Of a stretch of DNA of 34,607 nt, positions 1 to 11,514 are shown one piece after another. Each line of letters begins with the position of its first letter. Positions within the stretch are counted from its first letter, which is position 1. Made by a program: the position numbers and the translations under genes. The stretch spans positions 65,257,232 to 65,291,838 of the forward strand of contig NC_068986.1 in the NCBI RefSeq assembly GCF_001194135.2, read 5' to 3'. A model generated the notes under the pieces. The model did not search any database. It saw only the letters and a program-made list of their open reading frames with translations, and was not told the DNA's origin. The DNA comes from Octopus bimaculoides. Taxonomy: Eukaryota.

Positions 1-20
1 ATATATATATATATATATAT

Positions 21-145
21 TCTTTTATTCTTTTACTTGTTTCAGTCATTTGACTGTGGCCATGCTGGAGAACCGCCTTTAGTCGAGCAAATCGCCCCCA
101 AGGACTTATTCTTTGTAAGACTAGTTACTTTTTCTATCGGTGACT
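21..145 (-). mobile_element. SINE family A, 3' tail fragment
   Basis: Matches 19868-20070 in this window (gtcatttgactgtg-ccatgctggag-a-cgc-tt ... gacttatt ... ctatcggt ... ttt-cgaac). Abuts (AT)n at 1-20. Confidence 0.85.
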
Positions 146-622
146 TTTGCCGAACATATATATATTATGCATATATCTACACACAAACACACATATATAT
201 ATATATATATATATAAACTTGTATATTCGTATGTTCATATATACATACATTTTCATTTGTAATTTTTACCATAGATGTATTGAGCTACGTAACAACAGAT
301 CAACATAAAAGCCATAGAAATGTTAGGGTTCATCAGAAAACAAAAAGAACAGCAAATTAATTTGCATTGTCCAAACACTCTGTAAAGCATTCCAGAAATT
401 CACCATTTGAGATTCTTCAGCGAACACATGCACTCAGTCACACACACATATAGAATGCACTACCATGCACACATATAAACATTAACAAAGCACACACACA
501 GTTGTGTAATAATCACAACCACTATATGAGTGGAATTTTATTCGCATGTTCATGCATGTGCATCCGGCAGCCAATTCAGAAGACTACAAACCCAAGAGCT
601 ACTTTGTCTTAAGGAAAAAAGG

Positions 623-1122
623 TACGACCCGGAAACGAAGCGGCAATTAAGTCAATGGACGCTTTTAATGTCCCCACGTCCTCCCCCAAACACGCGGCAA
701 GTGAAGTCCAATGTTAAGATAATGCTGGTTTGTTTCATCGATGTGAAAGGAATTGTCCACACAGAATTTATTCCTCCTGGTCAAACTGTTAACCAAACAT
801 TTTATTTGGCAATTCTGAAGCGTTTGCGAGACGCAGTGAGATGAAAATGCATCGACCTGTGGTAAAGTGGAAAGTTGTGGTTTCATCAAGACAATGCGCC
901 TGCGCACACCGCCTTGTGTGTGAGACAGTTTTTGCCAAAAATAGCATGAACTAGCCTACTCACCCTCCCTATTCTCCCAACCTTGTTCCCTGCGACTTTT
1001 TTCTGTTCCCCGAATGAAAAGAGTCCTTCACGGAAAATGTTTTGAGGATGTGGAAGAGGTGAAGAAAAAAACGACGGATGCGTTAAAAGCATCACTTCGC
1101 AAGAGTTCCCGGGACCCTCGTA
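623..1122 (+). mobile_element. Mariner transposase relic (pseudogene), 5'-truncated
   Basis: Translates to YDPETKRQLSQW, VKSNVKIMLVCFIDVKGIVHTEFIPPGQTVNQTFYLAILKRLRDAVR*, WFHQDNAPAH, HPPYSPNLVPCDFF (YSPDLAPCDF motif) and EDVEEVKKKTTDALK, with stops and frameshifts. Ends in CCTCG-TA at 1116-1122, a possible TIR remnant. Confidence 0.93.
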
Positions 1123-1283
1123 GCGTGTCTTTATTTGACAAGAAAAAGAGAATGATCATCCCGAAATATAACAATATTAAATAAATCCCCTTCAAAAAAA
1201 AAAAAAAACACTCGCGCAAGTATGCATGCATTCTACACAGTCACATACACGCACACAAACATAAACTCACATGTTTAAAAGTA

Positions 1284-1507
<224 letters not shown>

Positions 1508-1737
1508 AACCCGTTTGACCAATAGCAGCCCATTTTCCAGTATCCTTCTTGGGCTTCCTGTACTTCTCCATTCGTTAAAATGAGCCTAAGCGAGCTAAGT
1601 TTCTGGAAGAACGCTGCGAAACATTTATTTGCATTGCGTCGAATCAAACAGCTTCAAATAAAAACTCATGTAACTCCTACTAAATGTACTGAGAGCCCTT
1701 TTCTTCCGGATGTATACATGTATGTATACATGAGTGA

Positions 1738-1925
1738 AGGCGCGTGGCTTAGTGGTTGGGGCATTTGGCTTACGATTGTAAGGTATTGAGTTCAATTTAC
1801 GGCGACACGTTGTGTCCTTCAGCAAGACACTTTATTTCTCGTCGCTCTACTCCACTCAGCTAGCAAAAATGAGCTGTACCTGTATTTCAAAAAGGGCCAG
1901 CATTGTCACATTCTGTGTCATGCTG
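1738..1925 (+). mobile_element. SINE family C (tRNA-like head)
   Basis: Box-A-like TGGCTTAGTGG, box-B-like GAGTTCAAT, then tgtgtccttcagcaagacactttattt. The reverse-complement homologue is at 21225-21332. Confidence 0.8.
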
Positions 1926-2236
1926 TTTGTATGTATGTATGTATGTATGTATTCATGTATGTATGTATGCATGCACGCATGCATGCATGTATGTATGTAT
2001 ATATGTATGCATGTATGTACCTATGTATGTATGTATGTGTGTATGAAAGTATGTATATATATATATATATATATAAATTTATGTATAAATGTATATGTGT
2101 ATGCATACATACACCCATCCATCCATTCATCCATCCATTCATCCATCCATCCATCCATCCATCCATACATGCATACATACATACATACATACATACATAC
2201 ACACACACATACATACATATATATATATATACATAC
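1926..2236. repeat. Compound (ATGT)n/(AT)n/(ATCC)n/(ATAC)n microsatellite
   Basis: Directly visible. Confidence 0.95.
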
Positions 2237-2604
2237 AGAAATGGCTTGTTGTCTGGAAATAAGGAGGCAGTTGAAGACGTGTTTCTTGGCTCAATATTTG
2301 CCGTCAGCATGGCAGTTGTTCGATCACGTTACCAGTAGCCAGATGACTTAGACCTGGAGAATTTTTGATTCATGTCATTATCTTCTCAAGTGAAGCCAAT
2401 CTTTACAACCATTTGGTAATAATGATACACCCTCTAGAAGTGGACATATTTAAATAAGTCAAGAATTTATGTTGCTCGGTATTTGACATACCCCTATTTC
2501 ACTATGTTATTGAAATACATGCTTCTGGCCAGTTTGAGTTATTTCTCTCGGCTTATTCTTTTAAATTATGCAAATTACGTGGGTATTGAATGCTTTTTAC
2601 TACA

Positions 2605-2633
2605 GATGTGTGTGTGTGTGTGTGTGTGTGTGT

Positions 2634-2688
<55 letters not shown>

Positions 2689-2712
2689 ACACACCACACA
2701 CACACACACATA
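2605..2712. repeat. (GT)n and (CA)n tracts in inverted arrangement
   Basis: (GT)n 2607-2633, short spacer, then (CA)n 2640-2710. Confidence 0.9.
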
Positions 2713-5016
2713 GTATAAAAAGTAGTAAAAAGGATTAATAAATCCAGGCAGTTTTCTATAAAGCATTCAGTGTGGAACAAAATTGGTTAACTATATCAAA
2801 CATTCAGATATCAATAAATTCAAGTAGGATTAACATCCAAGATTAATCGTCATGTATGACAAGTAAATTCAAATATAAAGAAATTCGAAGTATAAGACAA
2901 CACGTACAAGAATGGAGAAAGTCACATCTTTAACGGATGATTATACCATATACTACCGATGATCGTTTCTACTGTGCCTGTATATTTAACTACAGAATAA
3001 TGGTATAGAATACCAGTCAAATTAATAAATTCGAAAGTTTGTGCTAACATGTTATCAAGTCAATGCAAAATTGGCTATATCCAAAAAGGACTAAGAAAAT
3101 ATCTCTAATAGATGAACGCATACTAAATGAATGTTAAAAAGGAATATAATATTCTAAGGCCAATCTAGTATTCAGCTCTTGATGACATAAATAGACAACG
3201 AAAGAACGAGACATAAACACAGGAATTCTAATTCACTACAATTAGTTATCTATCAAACATGCTAAATTAGCAGTATTATAATGAATAGCAACACTAGCTG
3301 TATCTTAAAAGTATTAGCAATTTCAGAGTCGGAATTACTTTTACCTAACGTATCAAAATCTATTTAAAGAGGATTATTATTAGAGATAATTTCAAAATTA
3401 GTGTGATTCGAAAGACAAGAACATTAACTACGACATGACGTAGTCCATTATTAGTTACGCATCATCGTACAATACTGGTAATTTTAAATATGATCTTTAC
3501 CTCGAGGAAATGTATTATATAATTACTTCTAAATTAGTATTATTAAACTGTAGAAATTTTACATTGAAATGTTCTCATAAATGTAGAGAAACATTTAAAT
3601 ATTTCAATCGTAAATAACCCGTTAATTATAATTGCATTTCCTTATAAATCTAATATGCATGTTTCTAAATTATTTTTAGCATATTTAATAGATAACTAAT
3701 TGTCGAGGCGTAGAATTTCTATGTTTATTCTTTATTCTTTCGTTACCTATTGATGTAATTAAAAGTTAAATACTAAACTGGCCTTTCTTAGAATATTATA
3801 GTCCTTCTTAACGTTCTTTGAATTTAGCCCATTTTGCATTGCTTTAATAATGTGTTATGTATTTTCGGATATATTAATTTGACTGGTATTTCATACCATT
3901 TATCTGTATCTAAATATGGTGGCATAATGGAAATGATTGTCGGTAATGTATGGTGTAGTTATCAATTAAAGATGTAATTTTTCTCCATTTTTGTTCTTGT
4001 TATATATATACATACATACATATATATATATANNNNNNNNNNNNNNNNNNNNNNNNNNNNNNNNNNNNNNNNNNNNNNNNNNNNNNNNNNNNNNNNNNNN
4101 NNNNNNNNNNNNNNNNNNNNNNNNNNNNNNNNNNNNNNNNNNNNNNNNNNNNNNNNNNNNNNNNNNNNNNNNNNNNNNNNNNNNNNNNNNNNNNNNNNNN
4201 NNNNNNNNNNNNNNNNNNNNNNNNNNNNNNNNNNNNNNNNNNNNNNNNNNNNNNNNNNNNNNNNNNNNNNNNNNNNNNNNNNNNNNNNNNNNNNNNNNNN
4301 NNNNNNNNNNNNNNNNNNNNNNNNNNNNNNNNNNNNNNNNNNNNNNNNNNNNNNNNNNNNNNNNNNNNNNNNNNNNNNNNNNNNNNNNNNNNNNNNNNNN
4401 NNNNNNNNNNNNNNNNNNNNNNNNNNNNNNNNNNNNNNNNNNNNNNNNNNNNNNNNNNNNNNNNNNNNNNNNNNNNNNNNNNNNNNNNNNNNNNNNNNNN
4501 NNNNNNNNNNNNNNNNNNNNNNNNNNNNNNNNNNNNNNNNNNNNNNNNNNNNNNNNNNNNNNNNNNNNNNNNNNNNNNNNNNNNNNNNNNNNNNNNNNNN
4601 NNNNNNNNNNNNNNNNNNNNNNNNNNNNNNNNNNNNNNNNNNNNNNNNNNNNNNNNNNNNNNNNNNNNNNNNNNNNNNNNNNNNNNNNNNNNNNNNNNNN
4701 NNNNNNNNNNNNNNNNNNNNNNNNNNNNNNNNNNNNNNNNNNNNNNNNNNNNNNNNNNNNNNNNNNNNNNNNNNNNNNNNNNNNNNNNNNNNNNNNNNNN
4801 NNNNNNNNNNNNNNNNNNNNNNNNNNNNNNNNNNNNNNNNNNNNNNNNNNNNNNNNNNNNNNNNNNNNNNNNNNNNNNNNNNNNNNNNNNNNNNNNNNNN
4901 NNNNNNNNNNNNNNNNNNNNNNNNNNNNNNNNNNNNNNNNNNNNNNNNNNNNNNNNNNNNNNNNNNNNNNNNNNNNNNNNNTCTGATCTTCAGCTATATA
5001 TTCTAATAAATTTGTA

Positions 5017-5028
5017 TCTATCTATCTA

Positions 5029-5118
<90 letters not shown>

Positions 5119-5138
5119 TGGATAGATAGATAGATAGA
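5017..5138. repeat. Compound (ATCT)/(CT)n/(AT)n/(GATA) microsatellite
   Basis: Directly visible. Confidence 0.95.
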
Positions 5139-5436
5139 GCTTTTTTTAAAAAATATAATTATTCAAAAAAGCCCTAATAACGTGTGAACAAGTTTCAGCC
5201 GTACTTTAAATTTTTAAATGCAGCTTTTTTTTGTTTCTGTCATGGCAAACCATTCTTACAAATAAAATTCATTTACAACCTTCTCTAAGGGCGCTCAGAT
5301 TGTGATAAATGTTAGGCTACACTTCATATCTTCCGAATGTAATTAGGTGGGTAGACAAAGAAATGTGAATTGCTGTTACTAAAAGTTACAATTAGTTGAA
5401 AAGATAGAGTTTAAATAAAATTGAATCAACGAAGGT

Positions 5437-5520
5437 ATGCTTCATTGTAATGATTTTTCCCCCTTCGCAAAAGTTGTACTTTTTGCAGAAGACCTTAAAT
5501 TCTTCACTTCTTTGCACTAG
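5437..5520 (+). mobile_element. Possible tiny LINE RT fragment
   Basis: Reads CNDFSPFAKVVLFAEDLKFF, resembling the INDL...LFADDLK RT motif. Short, so it could be chance. Confidence 0.3.
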
Positions 5521-5621
5521 ACAAGCAGGAAATCTGCCTATCATCACTTGACCTACCAAGTTCTCTCAAATTTCATCTTACTCTTATAAATATAAATAAA
5601 ACTATAATAAATAATGTTTTC

Positions 5622-5765
5622 CTTCATCCTCACAAAAAGGACAGAATGGTCACTGCTTGAATGTTTTTGATCAAAAGTTAAACGATTACGGTTGAACTAG
5701 AGCTAACCAACAGCTACAGCAACAGCACCACCACCGCCACCAACAGCAACAATAACAACATCAAC
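5622..5765 (+). mobile_element. Repeat family D, partial copy with (AAC/CAC)n tail
   Basis: gaatggtcactgcttgaatgtttttgatc ... gagctaaccaac, followed by a trinucleotide tract. Similar to 15055-15130. Confidence 0.6.
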
Positions 5766-5780
5766 TACACTAGATTACTC

Positions 5781-5973
5781 AACCAAGAAATCACCACATC
5801 ATCGCTTTAACTGCTTGAGACAACTTCCCCTCAAATTACACCCTACTGTCTTAAAATGGGAAGAATGTATCTATGCTCAGAATAATGCATTCCTAAATAA
5901 CTAATTCTTAAAAAAAAATTATGGTTGATTATATATCAGCTCGATCAAGTCATATCTGGGATTAAACATCAGC
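5781..5973 (+). mobile_element. Repeat family D copy
   Basis: cccctcaaattacaccctactgtcttaaaa core and gctcgatcaag ... ctgggattaaaca end, both shared with other copies. Confidence 0.7.
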
Positions 5974-5979
5974 TGTAAC

Positions 5980-6115
5980 AACACTCCACTATTATATTAC
6001 ATCAAAGTATACCTCTTTCCTCACCAGAACATCGTACGTCTGGAATTCCCTTCTTGCTCAGGTCATTCGTGTAGTCTTTAACTTGCAATAATTCAAGCAG
6101 GAGATTAATAATTTC
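5980..6115 (+). mobile_element. LINE ORF2 C-terminal (3' end) fragment
   Basis: The frame from 6014 reads SFLTRTSYVWNSLLAQVIRVVFNLQ*FKQEINN, matching the SFFPRT..WNSLP.....NLQ.FK..IN terminus of CR1/L2/Jockey-like ORF2. Confidence 0.7.
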
Positions 6116-6269
6116 ACTCTCGCCATACTCGCTGACTCTGTGAATGTCACAGGCACTGTCCCTTTCTCTAGAAATAGCAATAAGGGTCCAGAAAGCAGGG
6201 CTCAGGAAACTGTTTAGTACAACGAATAAAACTCAAGTGCATAGGGACTTATTGTGCGACTGAAACTAC

Positions 6270-6474
6270 ATTTCTTTCGAATTAGGGAACAAATGCAACC
6301 ATTTTGAGGGCAAGTTCGACCTCAGTGCTTAACTGGAAGTTATTTTATCGATTCTGAAAGAATGAAAGGCAAAAATCGACATCGACAACATTTGAACTTG
6401 GACGTAAAGAACCGGTAAAAATACTGCTAAGCATTTTGTCCGGCACGGTAACAATTTTATCAGCTCACCGCCTT
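6270..6474 (-). mobile_element. SINE family B
   Basis: The reverse complement begins aaggcggtgagctg and contains a gttcaaat box-B-like motif. Aligns to 7756-7972, 15131-15330, 21778-21995 and 34056-34252. Confidence 0.9.
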
Positions 6475-6632
6475 AATGACTCTCTAAATTTACAAATTCA
6501 TATGTAAGTAACTGATAATTAAATTGTTTAAGGCACACTTGCAGAATCGTTAGGGCGTTAAGTAGAATACTTTGTAGTATTCACTTCGTCTCTCTGCGCT
6601 CTGAGTTCAGATCTCACTGTGATCAACTTTAC

Positions 6633-6927
6633 CTTCCATTCATTCGAGATCGATGAATAAAGCACCAGGTCAGGGTGTTGAATTGCCAGAATTGCCAGAG
6701 TTTCAAGCGAGATGCTTTGCGATGTCTGTTCCAATTCGGTGCGTTCTGAGATCAAATCTCCTCAAATCTTTCATCAACAGTAGGAAAACCAATTGGAATA
6801 TTGGTTCCTCGGCACCGATGCAATCATCTTATGGCATTATGGCAGGGTTTTTAGAGAAATCGTCTGCGTGCACGTACAATTTTGAATGTAAGCTGCTAAA
6901 CCAATCACGACTCACATACTATAAACC
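6633..6927 (-). other. Candidate non-coding/UTR exon
   Basis: Minus-strand acceptor ctcttttcttttcAG (AG at 6929-6928) and donor GGAAG|GTAAAG (GT at 6632-6631). Unique, relatively GC-rich sequence. All three sense frames contain stops; ATG GAA G lies just before the donor. Confidence 0.45.
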
Positions 6928-7079
6928 CTGAAAAGAAAAGAGTGGATACTTTCGATAATGTTGTCATAGAAATACTGCCCGAAAGAAGAAATGCCATGTG
7001 ATGGTCATAACTGGGGCTCCTTCACCATGTAACTACTTGACCAAGATTGTTTTATAGTTAAAAACCAAATCAACTATAA

Positions 7080-7274
7080 TACGAGGTGCTGAAAAGTTCC
7101 TGGCTTTAAAGGTATCGCGAAAGGCCTGGCTGGAGTTCTTTTACAAGGCTTAGAAAAACTGAAGGACCGCTGCAATGAATCTGTGAATCTGAGAGGTGAA
7201 TAAGTTGAATAGAATCATAATTAACTGATCCTCCTGTATTTTCTAAGCCAGGAACTTTTAAGCACCTCCTCGTA
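7080..7274 (+). mobile_element. Mariner-derived MITE (internal deletion derivative)
   Basis: TIRs TA-CGAGGTGCTGAAAAGTTCCTGGCTT and AAGCCAGGAACTTTTAAGCACCTCCTCG-TA, with TA at both ends. Interior 7144-7212 reads QGLEKLKDRCNESVNLRGE*VE*, a mariner C-terminus. Confidence 0.92.
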
Positions 7275-7519
7275 AATCTCACTCCACAACTGTGAGCTAT
7301 ATCATATTTCATTACATTATTACTCTACCACTATATGTACATTACACTATAGATTTACACAACATCATTACAACATTGCCTGCATTACACTGTATAAAAC
7401 GTGCTACACAAGACTATCATACGCTAAACCACTTCACTCTACGATGCTTAGCACTACACTAATACCAAAAACACTGGAATGAGTAGAAACCGAGTAAAAT
7501 GAGAGGTGCACTTCTATGC

Positions 7520-7712
7520 GGCAGCCCGACCTGTTAGAACTTGCAAACAAATACCCCCAAATCCTACCTTGTTTTAACAAAAATTAAAAAAAAAAAATAT
7601 TGAATAACGCAATCGAAATTGCGCTGCCGGATGGGATGTTGGGCATGGCTGGAGTGCTCTTGATCATAGGCGGTGTTGAATTGTTAACCTGATGTTAATC
7701 ATCGTCAACATT
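7520..7712 (+). mobile_element. Repeat family D copy
   Basis: gggatg..gggcatggctggagtgctcttgatcatagg ... ttaatcatcgtcaac end, shared with 15055-15130. Confidence 0.65.
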
Positions 7713-7755
7713 GAACCGTGTTATCTAGAGACATGATAATATTATTTCAGCATTT

Positions 7756-7972
7756 AAGGCGGCGAGCTGGCAGAATCGTTAGCGCGCCAGGCAAAATGCA
7801 TGCCGGCATTTCGTCCGAGTTTACGTTCTGAGTTCAAATGCTGCCGGATCGACTTTGTTTTCCATCCTTTCAGGGTCGATAAAATAAGTACCAGTTGAAC
7901 ATTGGGGTCAAAGTAATAGACTTAACCCCTCCAGCGAAATCATTGGTTTTGTGCCAAAATTTGAAGCCATTA
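7756..7972 (+). mobile_element. SINE family B, near full length
   Basis: aaggcggcgagctggcagaatcgttagc head (box-A-like), gagttcaaatgc (box-B-like), ggtcgataaaataagtaccagttg body. Multiple homologues in the window. Confidence 0.92.
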
Positions 7973-8087
7973 CTCCATCAGTATTTAAGATTATTATACC
8001 ACTCAAACAGGTTAATCAAAACTTCCACAAAACATTACCTTCCCACCCTATATTTTTACACTACTTTATGAAATTTCTAGCAGATCC

Positions 8088-8330
8088 TTTCGCCTGCTGG
8101 AAATTGCAAATAGATTTTTCTCAAACTAAATTACCACAAGAGGACACATAGAAAATGTAATCCCAGATAATCTAACTATGCCTCAAAAAAGAAAAAACTC
8201 GAAATGATCAGACCTGGAATGCTTTTTATCATAGGTTTGCTTCATCAAGCCAACTTTTGTTTGCAAGACTTATTATTCACAACAACGCCACACCAGACCA
8301 GCAGCTATCGCTACAACAAAATACAACACT
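8088..8330 (+). mobile_element. Repeat family D, degenerate copy plus trinucleotide tail
   Basis: tgctggaaattgcaaa ... ctggaatgctttttatcataggtttgcttcatcaagc, then an (ACA/CCA/GCA) tract. Confidence 0.6.
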
Positions 8331-8437
8331 GTTTTTTTTTTTAATTAGATGTATACACACTACGCTATACTACACAGTTCATTATACGTCTGCACCGCAC
8401 AATATTACCCTGCTGCAATAGACATCCACGCATCATG

Positions 8438-9272
8438 TTATCCAGTCACTTCTCGGCGTATTACGACTTGGAGAAATTTGGAGAAAGCATTGTTGTCACG
8501 CTCGACATTAGCAAAGATTTTGACCATGTCTGGCATGCAAACTTACGATCGAAACTACCTACAGACAGGCTCCACCCGTCACTCGTTTCTTGGATCGGTA
8601 GCCTTATATCAGCGTGGTGTGCGTTCACAGAGCTCTTTGTGTTCCATATTCTATCCACTCTGGCATGTCCCAGGATTTGGTTGTATTTCATACACTTCTT
8701 TATATCAATGATTCACTTACCACCATGTCCAACAATGTTTTCTCTTATGCAGATGATATTGCTCTATATTCTTCCACAAATTTTCCAAACTCTGTATTCA
8801 CCATCTACTTCTGTGTCACCAAATGCCAAACCCGCATCAATTCCATGAACAAAGACCTTGAAGCACTCCTTCACGATGATGGCGTGCAATTCTTGACTCT
8901 TTCAACCGTAAGAAAACACAAACGTTATTCATACCATGGAAACGTCATCATATCCCACATCCATTAACCATGATCCGCAAGCGACTAGAGCCCTCGTGGT
9001 CACTCCGAATGTCAGGCCTTACTGTAACCAAACGTCTCTCCTCGGCTATAGTTATACACCCTTGATAAAGTTATGACAACATACCAACCACTGACCCTTC
9101 CTTTATCATCCAAAATTATTGAAACTCTACGAAGCACAAGTAAAGCCTACGATAGAGTATCATTCACAATTGTGTGCTGTTGCATACTAGATCGCATCCT
9201 GCAAAATGCCACTCGATTAACTGACATAAAGTCAATCACAGACACGCTCCAATCTCTGAGTAACAGGTGATA

Positions 9273-9324
<52 letters not shown>

Positions 9325-9410
9325 GAAAACATATATACGTGTGTGTGTGTGTTTCAACCTCTACAATGATGGTCCCTGTTCTTAGAAGCTGGCTGTCCTA
9401 ACGTCATCTC
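8438..9410 (+). mobile_element. Decayed LINE reverse transcriptase region (CR1/L2/Jockey-like)
   Basis: Ordered motifs across frameshifts: FGESIVVTLDISKDFDHVWH; GMSQD..HTLLYINDS; SYADDI (YADD at 8746-8757); DSFNRKKTQ; LRMSGLTVT; LLKLYEAQVKPTIEYHS; LDRILQNATRL..SITDTLQSLSNR. After a microsatellite it resumes with FNLYNDGPCS*KLA. Confidence 0.88.
9277..9352. repeat. (CT)n and (GT)n microsatellites within the LINE relic
   Basis: Directly visible. Confidence 0.95.
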
Positions 9411-9653
9411 CTTTCAGATATTCTACACTCACTTTAAGAACATTAATGATATCATTCTTATCCGTCTTGAGTGTATAGGCAGTGGCTGCGAAAGCCAAGG
9501 GTACTGCCTAATTCTCGAGACTCGGGAAGACAACTATCCACGTCCACACATATATACATTTGTATATTCATACATTTACATATCTCTATACCTCCAAATG
9601 TCCACACACTTATGTATCTTCACACATACACAGACACACACGCACACACACGC

Positions 9654-9691
<38 letters not shown>

Positions 9692-9695
<4 letters not shown>

Positions 9696-10784
9696 AAATA
9701 GTAAATGAGTATATGCATATATACGTACAGGTATGTGCATACCGACATCTACCTGTATGTATAGGTGCATATCTGGGTACATGACATTGCAAACAAAACA
9801 GAGACGAGAAAACACACAAGCCACATAGAGAACATTCTAGTTCATCAGCTACCTCCGTTTTAACACCGGCNNNNNNNNNNNNNNNNNNNNNNNNNNNNNN
9901 NNNNNNNNNNNNNNNNNNNNNNNNNNNNNNNNNNNNNNNNNNNNNNNNNNNNNNNNNNNNNNNNNNNNNNNNNNNNNNNNNNNNNNNNNNNNNNNNNNNN
10001 NNNNNNNNNNNNNNNNNNNNNNNNNNNNNNNNNNNNNNNNNNNNNNNNNNNNNNNNNNNNNNNNNNNNNNNNNNNNNNNNNNNNNNNNNNNNNNNNNNNN
10101 NNNNNNNNNNNNNNNNNNNNNNNNNNNNNNNNNNNNNNNNNNNNNNNNNNNNNNNNNNNNNNNNNNNNNNNNNNNNNNNNNNNNNNNNNNNNNNNNNNNN
10201 NNNNNNNNNNNNNNNNNNNNNNNNNNNNNNNNNNNNNNNNNNNNNNNNNNNNNNNNNNNNNNNNNNNNNNNNNNNNNNNNNNNNNNNNNNNNNNNNNNNN
10301 NNNNNNNNNNNNNNNNNNNNNNNNNNNNNNNNNNNNNNNNNNNNNNNNNNNNNNNNNNNNNNNNNNNNNNNNNNNNNNNNNNNNNNNNNNNNNNNNNNNN
10401 NNNNNNNNNNNNNNNNNNNNNNNNNNNNNNNNNNNNNNNNNNNNNNNNNNNNNNNNNNNNNNNNNNNNNNNNNNNNNNNNNNNNNNNNNNNNNNNNNNNN
10501 NNNNNNNNNNNNNNNNNNNNNNNNNNNNNNNNNNNNNNNNNNNNNNNNNNNNNNNNNNNNNNNNNNNNNNNNTTACAATTGGAGACGCTGCGTTCAGTCA
10601 TGTAAAAACAAATAGTAAATGAGTATATGCACATATACGTACAAGTATGTGCATACCGACATCCACCTGCATGTATAGGTGCATATCTGGGTACAGGACA
10701 TTGCAAACAAAACAGAGACGAGAAAACGCACAAGCCACATAGAGAACATTCTACTTCATCAGCTACCTCCGTTTTAACACCGGC
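9692..10784 (+). repeat. 179-bp direct duplication flanking a gap (9692-9870 and 10606-10784)
   Basis: Base-by-base comparison gives 7 substitutions and no indels. Confidence 0.95.
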
Positions 10785-11027
10785 GTTTCGAAGAGCTAGG
10801 CAGGACGCATTGTTAAAACAGCTCTTCCCATGGACCGCAAATTAAATTTGTATACAGAAATTAAATCTTGCCATGGAGGAATGTTGTGGCGGACAAAAAA
10901 CATATATATATACGTCAGCAAATTTTAGCATTTGTATACCTACATATTTATATAGTTATACATCTGCTCATTTCCGATCTACTCCACACATGTAAATTTA
11001 TTCATTGAGCCATATACATTTACGTAC

Positions 11028-11029
11028 AA

Positions 11030-11084
<55 letters not shown>

Positions 11085-11425
11085 TGTAAGTACAGATACA
11101 TATTATCTATATTTGGACACATCTATACATTTACATGTCTATTCGTGTCTACATGTACAATTACACACCTATATCCATACTCAGCTATCATCCACACTCA
11201 TAAAATTACACATCTACAGATTCACACACCTACATATCCTCACAGCTGTATTTCTACATATCTACAAATCTGCACAACTTTTCCTCTTACATCTGTACAA
11301 CTACTTATCTACACATGCATACACGTTCACGTGTACACAATTGCAAAATACACATCTATGCATTTTCGCGTTCATACATCTACATATCTACATATTTTTA
11401 CACCTACATATCTTTAGATCTACAG
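11028..11425. repeat. (CA)n followed by degenerate TACA(C/T)ATCTA-type array
   Basis: Recurrent tacatcta/tacacatcta/tacatatcta units. Confidence 0.8.
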
Positions 11426-11514
11426 TGGCTAATATTGTTGTAGATAAACTCTGCTAGCAAAGAAAAAATATGGTCACGTTTGGAAACCTTTCACCTGGGG
11501 CCAAACTTCATTAT

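Noticed and set aside
2237-2353. Possible minus-strand exon (ttctccAG ... |GTATGT)
   Set aside because: All sense frames contain stops, and the donor is supplied by a microsatellite edge. Splicing from 6633 would give only [18 protein letters not shown].
2605-2712. (GT)n/(CA)n inverted arrangement as a functional hairpin
   Set aside because: Adjacent complementary dinucleotide tracts recur here (e.g. about 14060-14165) and need no special explanation.
6653-6931. Plus-strand 92-aa ORF MNKAPGQG...
   Set aside because: No recognisable domain. The splice signals point to the opposite strand.
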